Below, in pieces: positions 42,101-55,200 of a stretch of DNA of 64,000 nucleotides. Within the stretch, counting starts at the first letter, position 1. Each line of letters begins with the position of its first letter. The notes below the pieces were generated by a model, which saw only the letters and a program-made list of their open reading frames with translations, was not told where the DNA came from and did not search any database. Both the position numbers and the translations under genes were made by a program. The stretch covers positions 285,364 through 349,363 of the forward strand of contig NW_018404097.1 of assembly GCF_002113885.1 (NCBI RefSeq), written 5' to 3'. This stretch comes from Mizuhopecten yessoensis (Eukaryota).

Positions 42101-45100
42101 ACCCATTACCCAAGGTGTTAGTAAAGGAGGTGGAGTAACACTTGCCTGTTTGAAGAGATTAATAGCACTGGTTGACTCGGGGTCTAGGACATTTCCCTGA
42201 TCGTCTCGGACAACAAGGTCAAGGCCAAGCATGCTAGAAAACAAAAACATTCATAGAAATAACTCAAATAGAATGAATCTACATGTTCTCTCCTTCTGGT
42301 TAGTGACAAATTGTTAAGCTTTTTAATTTATATTTCAGTACATTATTACAGGTTTGTAAAAGTTCCTCTTATTTTCTGATTTTAACTGGTGTTACTCTTC
42401 ATGATTTCAAGAAGTGATGAAACAATTTATTTCAAACCATTCATTTCTTTGTAACCTGAAACCCTGACTTTGTCCAATGGCTGCAGCAGAACAAAGTTTG
42501 GACTGTTCCAAAGACTTACTCGTTCCCCAGATCAATCTTTGACGATATCTTCTGCTGTAAGTCTCGGAGCTCCTCCTGGAAATACAGTGTTTAATCCGTC
42601 AGAAAAAAACACAACCATGAACAGAATCTTCTTTTTCTGTATCTTAATCTTGTAACTTTTTCTTTTTGAAGTGGTCAAACAGACTAAGTAACTAAAAACA
42701 GATGCTTCACTAAGGATAAAAACACTGAATTGTAATGGTGAATACACCATAAAGTCTACCCCACAATGATCATTCACTAATATATAACAATCAGCATCAT
42801 CAAATGAACACTTGATCACAATCAATCCTCATGCTGACCCTGACTAATGAACACTCCCTCATGAGATAACAATCGACGCTCTCTTACCGCGGTCAACTTC
42901 CTCGACATTATTTTGCGTCGCCAGTGAATTAGTTCTTGCATCATCTCCATGATTTTTCCAAAATCCTGATTTCTTTCCTGAAAAATGCAATTAACTAGAA
43001 TGATATAACAACCATTTATATGAGTCAAACGATTAAATACTTACAAATACAGAGATGAAGACACAATGGTGGCTCTCGATAAGTTTATAACGGAGAATGG
43101 ACAAAACTTTAATGATACCACGTCAGAGGCAGTTTCAAATAAACATGTATAAAACAAAAGACATTTTGTTATTTTTAAGCAGTTTTTATGAATTGAATAC
43201 ACTTAGAACAAGTCCCTTATTTATCATATAAAGTAACAGTTTCCCAGGAGTTATTAACAGTGAATCCTTCGACCCCAGTTTATATAAACATACCACAAAG
43301 TACTGTTTCCATATAACGACCCCCGACCCCAGTTTATATAAACATACCACAAAGTACTGTCTCCACATAACAACCCCCGACCCCAGTTTATAGAAACATT
43401 CCACAAAGTACTGTTTCCACATAACGACCCCTAACCCTAGTTGATATAAATATACCACACAGTACTGTTTCCACATAACGACCCCCGACCCCAGTTAATA
43501 TAAACATACCACAAAGTACTGTTTCCACATAACAACCCCCGACCCCAGTTTATAGAAACATACCACAAAGTACTGTTTCCACATAACGACCCCTGACCCC
43601 AGTTAATATAAACATACCACAAAGTACTGTTTCCACATAACTACCCCCTACCCCAGTTTATATAAACATACCACAAAGTACTGTTTCCACATAACGACCC
43701 CTAACCCTAGTTGATATAAATATACCACACAGTACTGTTTCCACATAACGACCCCCGACCCCAGTTATTAAAAACATACCACAAAGTGCTGTTTCCACAT
43801 AACGACCCCCTAGCCCTAGTTTATATAAACATACCACAAAGTACTGTTTCCAAAAACGACCCCTTACCCTAGTTGATATAAACATACCACAAAGTACTGT
43901 TTCCACATAATGACCAATGTCCACAGTTGATATAAACTTACCACAAAGTACTGTTTCCACATAACGCCCCCGACCACAGTTCATGTAAACATACCACAAA
44001 GTACTGTTTCCACATAACGACCCCTAACCTTAGTTGATATAAACATACCACAAAGTACTGTTTCCACATAACAACCCCCCAACCTAGTTGATATAAACAT
44101 ACCACAAAGCACTGTTTCCACATAACGACCCCTAACCCTAGTTTATATAAACATACCACAAAGTACTGTTTCCACATAACAACCCCCGACCACAGTTGAT
44201 ATAAACATACCACAAAGTACTGTTTCCACATAACAACCCTCCGACCACAGTTGAGATAAACATACTACAAAGTACTGTTTCCATATAACGCCCCTCGATC
44301 GCGACCACAGTTGATATAAACATACCACAAAGTACTGTTTCCACATAACGACCCCCGACCCCAGTTTATATAAACATACTACAAAGTACTGTTTCCATAT
44401 AACACCCCCTGATCGCGACTACAGTTGACATAAACATACCACAAAGTACTGTTTCCACATAACAACCCCCGACCCTAGTTGATATAAACATACCACAAAG
44501 TACTGTTTCCACATAACATGCCATTCTCGTAGTACAGAGTTGATCTCCTGGGACAATGGCAGCTCCTTTGGTGCAATGGTCTCAAGTGAGCTGAAAATTG
44601 CAACATGAAAAATTAATTCTGTCATTAATCTAACTCAGCAACAAAACCCATAATTGTCCTATAACATAGCGCTCTAACAATATCTTGTAGTAGTGATATT
44701 TATTGGCAATACATTGTGGTCAATTCAACACACTGACACTGAAAACAGCATTTTGAATGTTAAGGATCCTGGTCCCACTGGTGGTAAGTTTGAATGTTAA
44801 GGATCCTGGTCCCACTGGTGGTAAATCACTAGAGAATTCCAGTGTGGTTTTATGTGCACTAACCTCCCCTACTTTTGTTCTGGATTTAACCGACTGTTGC
44901 ACAATTTAGCTGGGACACTTTCGTTAGCTCAGTTGGTCAAATTTAAAGTAACAGAATAACAATATGAGGCTCAGTGTTTGATTCCTGGTCTATCCCCGCT
45001 GCTTTTTACACTCTAAACACTTCAGTTGTTCATATTTTGTTTATTTCGTCTTCATTATTTTTTATAAAAGCAAGATCTGGTCTTCTTTTCAGCAATGAAT

Positions 45101-48100
45101 TATTAAAGCTATAATAATGCCAGAGGAACAGTTTCCATGGCTAAGTTACAGTTTTTGGCAGTGACACAGGGATCCTAAATTGTTTTTTCAAAAACATGTA
45201 ACGTAACCCTGTGACCTTTACACATAACTCTGCTATATTGATGATAATCAACATAATCCAGATTTGATATGCATGTCATATACATCTTTTCGACTATATT
45301 TATATGTATGCATTAGGATAAGATAAAGGTAGGGCTATGAGTACATTTTTATATATAACCCATGTTGATGTGTTCAAATTTGTACTCAAAAACATTTTTA
45401 TGAATAGCAGCACCGGCGTGGGTTTTATAAATGTTCAGCTTTACTTACAAATGTATCAAGGTCTAGTAACATATAGTATATGTATTTACATATAGATCAA
45501 TTATAACATTAATCATCATGTTATACAAATAACTCATGAGTTGACACCATGCATCTTTTCTCAATAAAACATAATTATTGTATATTTATTTCTATATATA
45601 AAAAAAAAAATTGCCTTTCCTTATGATGTTATAGACTGGTAATATACCGGTAAGGTAATGTACCAGTAAGGTAATGTCAGTCATCCCATATATAGACACA
45701 GTCAAGTTGTATTTTGAGATGACCCCTTATATTACCTGGTAGTAAGTTATATTTTATATTTTGAGATGACCCCTTACCCTGTAGTAAGCACAGCTGCTTC
45801 CTTTATATGTACATAGGTTTTGGGAAATACCCCTCGCTGGTTCTTGTTCCGCGTGGTGTAGCCCCAGTACCATCCTAAAAATAAAAATATTCACACTTAA
45901 CATTCTGAGATGACCTAGATAATCTAAGTATATATTTGCATGTATAAAAACTCAGAGCACATCTGAAGTCAAGTACACGTAATTTATACAAAACACAAGG
46001 AAGTATCATGCTAACCTGGTTCTAAGAAAAAAGAGAATGTTTTCAGAATTGAAATAAACAACAGGGAAACTTTGTATTGATGCAACTTACATTTTCTAAA
46101 GCTGTTGAAATTCTTAATTATAAAACATTTCATTACTGTATCTGTCCTGAGAAAGGTCTTAATTATAAAACATTTCATTACTGTATCTGTCCTGAGAAAA
46201 CCTTGTAAGTCCTCAGAAAGGAGTTATATGATATCTAAATGTTTTCCATTTGTAAGTTAAAAGGAGTGGGCTTATTATTGAACATAGTTATCTATCACTT
46301 TTACAGGGACGTATCACTTGCCCTCATAGATCTTTTTTATTCTATTCTTAATTTTTCGGTTTGGTTTAATAATACAATAATGTAAATGAATTTTATATAA
46401 TATAGGACCTCAGCTACCATGAGTCACGGAACTTTATTGTCAGTCAATCGACATGAGTTTTCCTCCCAAAAAGTTTCATAGCAATCGGTCTGATAGTTTT
46501 AGAGATGTGTACATGTCTGGACATGTACAGTACTCCAAACTCCGCAGCACAAAAAGAGCAATAACTCTTAGAAAACAATTGAAACTAAAAACTTTGCACA
46601 ACTTCATGTACATAAGGAACCAACCATGTGTAAACAGTTTTATTGATGGAATTGTCTGGACATACTTTTCCTACAGACAGATGGGCTGTACATATATAAC
46701 TGTAGTGATAAAGGCTGGGGTGTAACATCCTATTTATGCAATTATACTGTAATGACATGTTGTAGACAAGGAATTAGTGTTCCTGAATACATCCAACCTT
46801 TTCCCCTAACTACAAATGGATACATCCAACCTTTCCCCCTTAACTTCTAATGGATACATCCAACCTTTCCCCCCTAACTACAAATGGATACATCCAACCT
46901 TTCCCCCTAACTTCAAATGGATACATCCAACCTTTCCCCCTTAACTGCTAATGGATACATCCAACCTTTCCCCCTAACTTCAAATGGATACATCCAACCT
47001 TTCCCCCCTAACTACAAATGGATACATGCAACCTTTCCCCCCTAACTACAAATGGATATATCCAACCTTTCCCCCCTAACTACAAATAGATACATCCAAC
47101 CTTTTCCCCCTAACTACAAATGGATACATCCAACCTTTCCCCCCTAACTACAAATGGATGCATCCAACCTTTACCCCTAACTACATCATATGTAATCCTC
47201 CATACATCTCAATCAACTTATCAAATTGTCCTACATGGGGATGGGAGGAAGGCTGTACCTGACCTCTGACCCTATAAATTCTCAGTCTGACAATGAGACC
47301 CAGACCAGTGGTTTACTGACAGATCGACAGAGCATGTAAGATTGAAGATGACACTGTCACAGATCAGCATTGCACAGTCACCACATATACATGTATATAA
47401 AGAAATATATAAGCTCATTAATCATGGCCAGCCTCCAATAATACAAAAAACCTAACACACATGTATACATATGCTCTTAATATGTGTACCAGGAAATCAT
47501 CACATACATGTACTTTCCTATTCTGTTTTAGTAGAATGATACACATATTTCTGGCCTTTTTTGTAAACTTACATGATAAATTATTCAGTCTGTTTAAGTT
47601 GTTAGATGTACGTTTAGGTTCAAGTAAATACAGAAACAAGAATGTTCTGGTTTTATCCTGATTGCTGTTAAACTGTAAATAGGTGCATGTACTTCCTCAT
47701 CAATATGTGTCCACCCTTTCTTTCTGTTCGAACACTATAGAACTGTACATAAAATACTGACAGGATTGTTTTCCTACAGCACTGTATTTAATTGCATTAT
47801 GACAGGTATCCACATGGCTCTCAAATGACAGGTATCAATGTAGCTCTCAAATGTCAGGTATCCATGTAGCTCTCTAATGTCAGGTATCCATGTAGCTCTC
47901 TAGTGTCAGGTATCCACATAGCTCTCTAATGTCAGGTATCAACATGGCACTCCAATGTCAGGTATCAACATGGTTCTCCTATGTCAGGTATCCACATTGC
48001 TCTCTAATGTCAGGTATCCACATGGCTCTCTAATGTCAGGTATCCAATTAGCTCTCCAATGTCAGGTATCCATATAGCTCTCTAGTGTCAGGTATCCACA

Positions 48101-51100
48101 TAGCTCTCTCATGTCAGGTATCCATATGGTTCTCCTATGTCAGGTATCCACATAGCTATAATGTCAGGTATCCACATGGTTCTCTATCCACATAGCTCTT
48201 TAATGTCAGGTATCCACATGACTCTCTAATGTCAGGTATCCACATGGCTTTCAAATGTCAGGTATCACCATGGCTCTCAAATGTCAGGTATCCACATGGC
48301 TCTCAAATGTCAGCTATCCACATGGTTCTCCTATGTCAGCTATCCACATACATGGCTCTCCAATGTCAGGTATCCACATAGCTCTCTAATGTCAGGTATT
48401 CACATGGCTCTCTAATGTCAGGTATCCACATGGCTCTCCAATGTCAGGTATCCACATAGCTCTCCAATGTCAGATATCCACATGGCTCTCTAATGTCAGG
48501 TATCCATATGGCTCTCTGATGTCATGTATCTACAAAGCTTTCATATGTCAGGTATCCACATAGCTCTCCAATGTCAGGTATCCACATAGTTCTCATATGT
48601 CAGGTACATTGTATCTACATAGCTCTTCAATGTCAAGTATCCACATAGCTCTCTAATGTCAAGTATCCACATAGCTCTTCAATGTCAGGTATCCACATAT
48701 CTCTCCAATGTCAGGTATCCTCATAGCTCTTCAATGTCAGGTATCCACATATCTCTCCAATGTCAGGTATCCACATATCTCTCCAATGTCAGGTATCCTC
48801 ATAGCTCTTTAATGTCAGGTATTCACAAAGCTCTACTATGTCAGGTATCCACATAACTCTCCAATTTCAAGTATCCACATGGCTCTCCAATGTCAGGTAT
48901 CCACATAGCTCTCAAATGTCAGGTATTCACAAAGCTCTCCTATGTCAGGTATCCATATAGCTCCCCAATGTCAAGTATCCCCATGGCTCTCCAGTGTCAG
49001 GTATCCACATAGCTCTCCAATGTCAGGTATCCACATATCTCTCTAATGACAGGTATTCACAAAGCTCTCCAATGTCAGGTATCCACATGACTCTCTAATG
49101 TCAGGTATCCACATAGCTCTCTAATGTCAGGTATCCACATGGCTCTCCAATGTCAGGTATCCACATAGCTCTCTAATGTCAAGTATCCACATGGCTCTCT
49201 AATGTCAGGTATTCACAAAGCTCTCCTATGTCAGGTATCCACATAGCTCTATAATGTCAGGTATCCACATGGTTCTCATATGTCAGGTATTCACAAAGCT
49301 CTCCTATGTCAGGTATCCTCATAGCTCTTAAATGTCAGGTATACACAAAGCTCTACTATGTCAGGTATCCACATAGCTCTCCAATGTCAAGTATCCACAT
49401 GGCTCTCCAATGTCAGGTATCCACATAGCTCTCCAATGTCAGGTATTCACATGAATCTCAAATGTCAGGTATCCACATGGTTCTCATATGTCAGGTATCC
49501 ACAAAGCTCTCCTATGTCAGGTATCCACATGGCTCTCCAATGTCAGGTATCCACATAGCTCTCCAATGTCAGGTATCCACATGAATCTCAAATGTCAGGT
49601 ATCCACATGGTTCTCATATGTCAGGTATCCACAAAGCTCTCCTATGTCAGGTATCCACATAGCTCTCCAATGTCAGGTATCCACATAGCTCTCCTATGTC
49701 AGGTATCCACATGGCTCTCCAATGTCAGGTATCCACATGGCTCTCCAATTTCAGGTATCCACATGGTTCTCATATGTCAGGTATCCACAAAGCTCTCCAA
49801 TGTCAGGTATTTACAAAGCTCTCATATGTCAGGTATCCACATAGCTCTATAATGTCAGGTATCCACATAGCTCTATAATGTCAGGTATCCACAAAGCTCT
49901 CCTATGTCAGGTGTCCACATAGCTCTCTAATGTCAGGTATCCACATAGCTCTCTAATGTCAGGTATCCACAATTATAATGATAATTTTTAATCAAGATGA
50001 ACAATCTTTGAAATATAAAGCATGTCTCAGAGTTGATGTTTCTTGTTTAAAAAAACAGTCTCATGTTTCAGGATTAATTATTACTGAGCCTGAGGGAGTA
50101 AGATGTTAGCAAATTTCTATAGGGATGTTTCATGTTACAGGAATGTTTTTGGTGCGTAAGATGAGTATTAGTAAGAGTTTACTCTTACAAATGCAAGTGC
50201 AAAAATCTAACTTGTAGAAAAAATGCAAATACATGTACTGCCAATTTTCTCTGTCTATAATTTTTACTGCAGTCTTCACTGATGAAAATATGCATTGGAA
50301 AATCCATGTGTCATGAATATGAAGCTTGGTACAAGTGTGTCTCCAACTATACTGTATAAAGAAGTTAGGTACACATATCGGTACAGGGTTTATATCCCTA
50401 ACGTGCACTGGGAACTAGAATGTTTGCCACGCGCACCTGTTATTAATCTAACAAATCATCATGTTAAATGGAAAAAACAAGCAATTTTCTCAACTCACTG
50501 ATAAGAGAATAAAGGTAACCATGGAAACGTGAATAACTGATTGATGGGATGTCGCCAGACAGATAACCAACACATTCTCATGGCCCCACTTAAACTCCCA
50601 CAGGACACCAGGATCAATAAGGGATCCTTTTCTAACTTAAAGTTTAAATTTAATTGCATTTTATTGGAGGGAAATCAATAAAGGAGAAAATATAACCAAG
50701 GTAATATGACCAGGGACTCTGGTGAAGTATCCTCATGATCATCAGGTTCATTGATTTATAGTAATTATCTGATGTGTGATATAAATCAGCAAAGCCGGTC
50801 ATCTATGTTACATTGAAACACATTAAATATGTACATTATCAGTGAACAGACTCATTTCAAAAACCTCCTTGGCTTGTGTGATTATTTAGGGTTCATGTAT
50901 TTCCTGGATGTTTTGAGAATAACATGAATAAGAAAGAATCAGCATTATAAATTGATGTGTAAAAATCCATCTTTTTTTCCCTTTATTTTCAAAAAAAAGA
51001 TTAATATTTAAAGTATCTATCATTTTTTTTTTTTATGAGATTTGGTCCTAAACATATGTTTAGGCAAGATATATACAAAGATATGCAATTATATGACATC

Positions 51101-52255
51101 AACTTCAAATTAAGGGAAAACATATTTTTTCATTTTCATTTTTAATTGTTAATCCTATGATGTTGCTTTAGATATTGTAGCATGCATCAGGCCAATCATC
51201 ATTATTGTAAGGTCATTACTGAACTAGCATGCATCAGGCCTGCAATCCTCATTATTGTAAGGTCATTCCTAAAATAGCATGAAATCAAAACTATATATAC
51301 ATATAGGTCATTAATTACTGAAATAGCAAGAAATAGAAATCATAACTATTTATACATATATAGGTCATTACTGAAATAGCAAGAAACCAAAAATATATAT
51401 ACATAGGTCATCACTGAAATAACAAGAAATCATTGATATATTGTTAAGCTAATTTCCCCACAGCCAATTCAATGAATGTATGTGTATACATATATATACA
51501 ATATATATGAATATTGGGATTCCTGTAAGATATGTATTTTATACAAGGTACTTTCAAATTACTATGACAATTTCTTCCCTACCAGAGTATACATATATAT
51601 GTACTCCCGTTCACCTCTGGGTGCCCTACATACACACACTACTTGCTAGGACAAAAGTATTGATCTAAAGCTATTATCGTTTATAGCTTTGTACCACATG
51701 TAACCTCTTCAACAATTTATCAACCATTACATATACCTGCAGTTTTTCCTTTTAAATTCTATACTGACTTCATGTGTGTTTACTACGTATATATATACAT
51801 TGTATATACAACATCAGCGTTTTTATTACCATATCAAAAAGGCATGGTATCTCACTTTTGGACAAATATTAGTATAAAAATAAACAAAGGGCTATAACTC
51901 TGTATTTATCAGGGCATATCCAGTTCACAACTCTCTGCCATCTCAAGAGGTACTCTGATACTGGCGTACAAATTTCACAATGGTAGGTGATAGAACATTC
52001 ACTCTAGGTGGTGAAAGGTGAACAAAGGGTCATAACTGTTTATATATTGGGGCAAACGACTCCCGTATACAACATCCTATGACATACTCCTATACAATAT
52101 TTGGCACTGAAGGTGACAAGCTATTATATGAGATCTACTTGCAATGGAAAAAAAGATTGCAAACTTATCAATATTAGGTTCTCTCCACTCGCTTCTGCAG
52201 GGGACTATAAAAACCTTGAATGATTTTCAATGTTGCGATGTTTATGATTACGAAC

Positions 52256-52294
<39 letters not shown>

Positions 52295-55200
52295 AAAGCT
52301 AGCAGTGGGGCCTTTCAGTTTAATTTGGAACAGAACATAAAACTTTCAGGTTGAGAAATTAAAATTGAGAATGTCTTAAACAATTAAAGTACAGCACAAA
52401 CATATTAAAATTCTGTTTGAATTTTGAAATATATCCTAAAGATTAACTTATAAGGCTGAGATCATCTTAAGTGTTTAATTAAGGTTCCTTGGAGCTAGAG
52501 TACTAGTTCATGCTATAACATATTCATTGAACAAAATACGCCACAAGCCACCAGAACAATGTACATCAGTATATACCACATCATGACCAGGTACAGACAC
52601 AAGCCACCAGAACAATGTACATCTGTATATACCACATCATGGCCAGGTACAGACACAAGCCACCAGAACAATGTACATCTGTATATACCACATCATGACC
52701 AGGTACAGACACAAGCCACCAGAACAATGTACATCTGTATATACCACATCATGACCAGGTACAGACACAAGCCACCAGAACAATGTACATCTGTATATAC
52801 CACATCATGACCAGGTACAGACACAAGCCACCAGAACAATGTACATCTGTATATACCACATCATGACCAGGTACAGACACAAGCCACCAGAACAATGTAC
52901 ATCTGTATATACCACATCATGACCAGGTACAGACACAAGCCACCAGAACAATGTACATCTGTATATACCACATCATGACCAGGTACAGACACAAGCCACC
53001 AGAACAATGTACATCTGTATATACCACATCATGACCAGGTACAGACACAAGCCACCAGAACAATGTACATCTGTATATACCACATCATGACCAGGTACAG
53101 ACACAAGCCACCAGAACAATGTACATCTGTATATACCACATCATGACCAGGTACAGACACAAGCCACCAGAACAATGTACATCTGTATATACCACATCAT
53201 GACCAGGTACAGACACAAGCCACCAGAACAATGTACATCTGTATATACCACATCATGACCAGGTACAGACACAAGCCACCAGAACAATGTACATCTGTAT
53301 ATACCACATCATGACCAGGTACAGACACAAGCCACCAGAACAATGTACATCTGTATATACCACATCATGACCAGGTACAGACACAAGCCACCAGAACAAT
53401 GTACATCTGTATATACCACATCATGACCAGGTACAGACACAAGCCACCAGAACAATGTACATCTGTATATACCACATCATGACCAGGTACAGACACAAGC
53501 CACCAGAACAATGTACATCTGTATATACCACATCATGACCAGGTACAGACACAAGCCACCAGAACAATGTACATCTGTATATACCACATCATGACCAGGT
53601 ACAGACACAAGCCACCAGAACAATGTACATCTGTATATACCACATCATGACCAGGTACAGACACAAGCCACCAGAACAATGTACATCTGTATATACCACA
53701 TCATGACCAGGTACAGACACAAGCCACCAGAACAATGTACATCTGTATATACCACATCATGACCAGGTACAGACACAAGCCACCAGAACAATGTACATCT
53801 GTATATACCACATCATGACCAGGTACAGACACAAGCCACCAGAACAATGTACATCTGTATATACCACATCATGACCAGGTACAGACACAAGCCACCAGAA
53901 CAATGTACATCTGTATATACCACATCATGACCAGGTACAGACACAAGCCACCAGAACAATGTACATCTGTATATACCACATCATGACCAGGTACAGACAC
54001 AAGCCACCAGAACAATGTACATCTGTATATACCACATCATGACCAGGTACAGACACAAGCCACCAGAACAATGTACATCTGTATATACCACATCATGACC
54101 AGGTACAGACACAAGCCACCAGAACAATGTACATCTGTATATACCACATCACGACCAGGTACAGACACAAGCCACCAGAACAATGTACATCTGTATATAC
54201 CACATCACGACCAGGTACAGACACAAGCCACCAGAACAATGTACATATGTATATACCACATCATAACCAGGTACAGACACAAGCCACCAGAACAATGTAC
54301 ATATGTATATACCACATCATGACCAGGTACAGACACTAAACCAGTAACCATCAACCGTGTCAAGTGGACAAACAGCTGACATCATTGAAAACAGTCCGGC
54401 CAACCAGACCAGACACTTATTGATATAATCGTTTATCGATTTTGACACAAACTTTCAGATGGAATATATTTTGTCTGGCCTAAGAACTTCAGCAGCAGGA
54501 CACTAGCTGCAGTTAAAGTTGCTTAAATGAATCTGTTTATTTACAAAGTAACAATTTAACAAAATCTGCAAAAAACATAAATATATTGCCATGTAGTAAA
54601 ACAACAAATAATGTTTTTTTACCTCCAAAGAACATATCCGCAATATATATCAAAAACTGTCTATACACCAAAAAGACAATCGCTAACAGATCAGGGAGGT
54701 TTGGACCGATGGCTGTAAACAGAAAAATCTTCAGTATTGACTGTGGGAGATTTGGACTGATGGCTATAAACAAAGAAATCTTCAGTATTGACAGTGAAAG
54801 GTTTGGACTGATGGCTGTAAACATAGATAAATCTTCAGTATTGACTGTGGGAGGTTTGGACTTCTTCAGTATTGACTGTGGGAGATTTGGACTGATGGCT
54901 ATAAACACAGAAATCTTCAGTATTGACAGTGAAAGGTTTGGACTGATGGCAGTTAACAAGAGAGAAATCTTCAGTATTGACTGTGGGAGGTTTGGACTGA
55001 TGGCTAAAAACAGAGGGAAATCTTCAGTATTGACCCTGGGAGGTTTGGACTGATGACTGTAAACAGAGGGAAATCTTCAGTATTGACTGTGGGAGGTTTG
55101 GACTGATGGCTAAAAACAGAGGGAAATCTTCAGTATTGACCCTGGGAGGTTTGGACTGATGGCTGTAAACATAGAGATGATGGCTATAAACAAAGAAATC

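Noticed and set aside
44911-45010. Functional tRNA gene
   Set aside because: No acceptor or anticodon stems and a degenerate B-box; kept only as a low-confidence SINE relic.
47799-49971. CAG|GTATCC resembling U12 donors in the 26-bp array
   Set aside because: Antisense to DOCK and lacks the following TT of the consensus.
52259-52290. Poly(A) run as a retrocopy tail
   Set aside because: No recognisable upstream retroelement, ORF or TSD.
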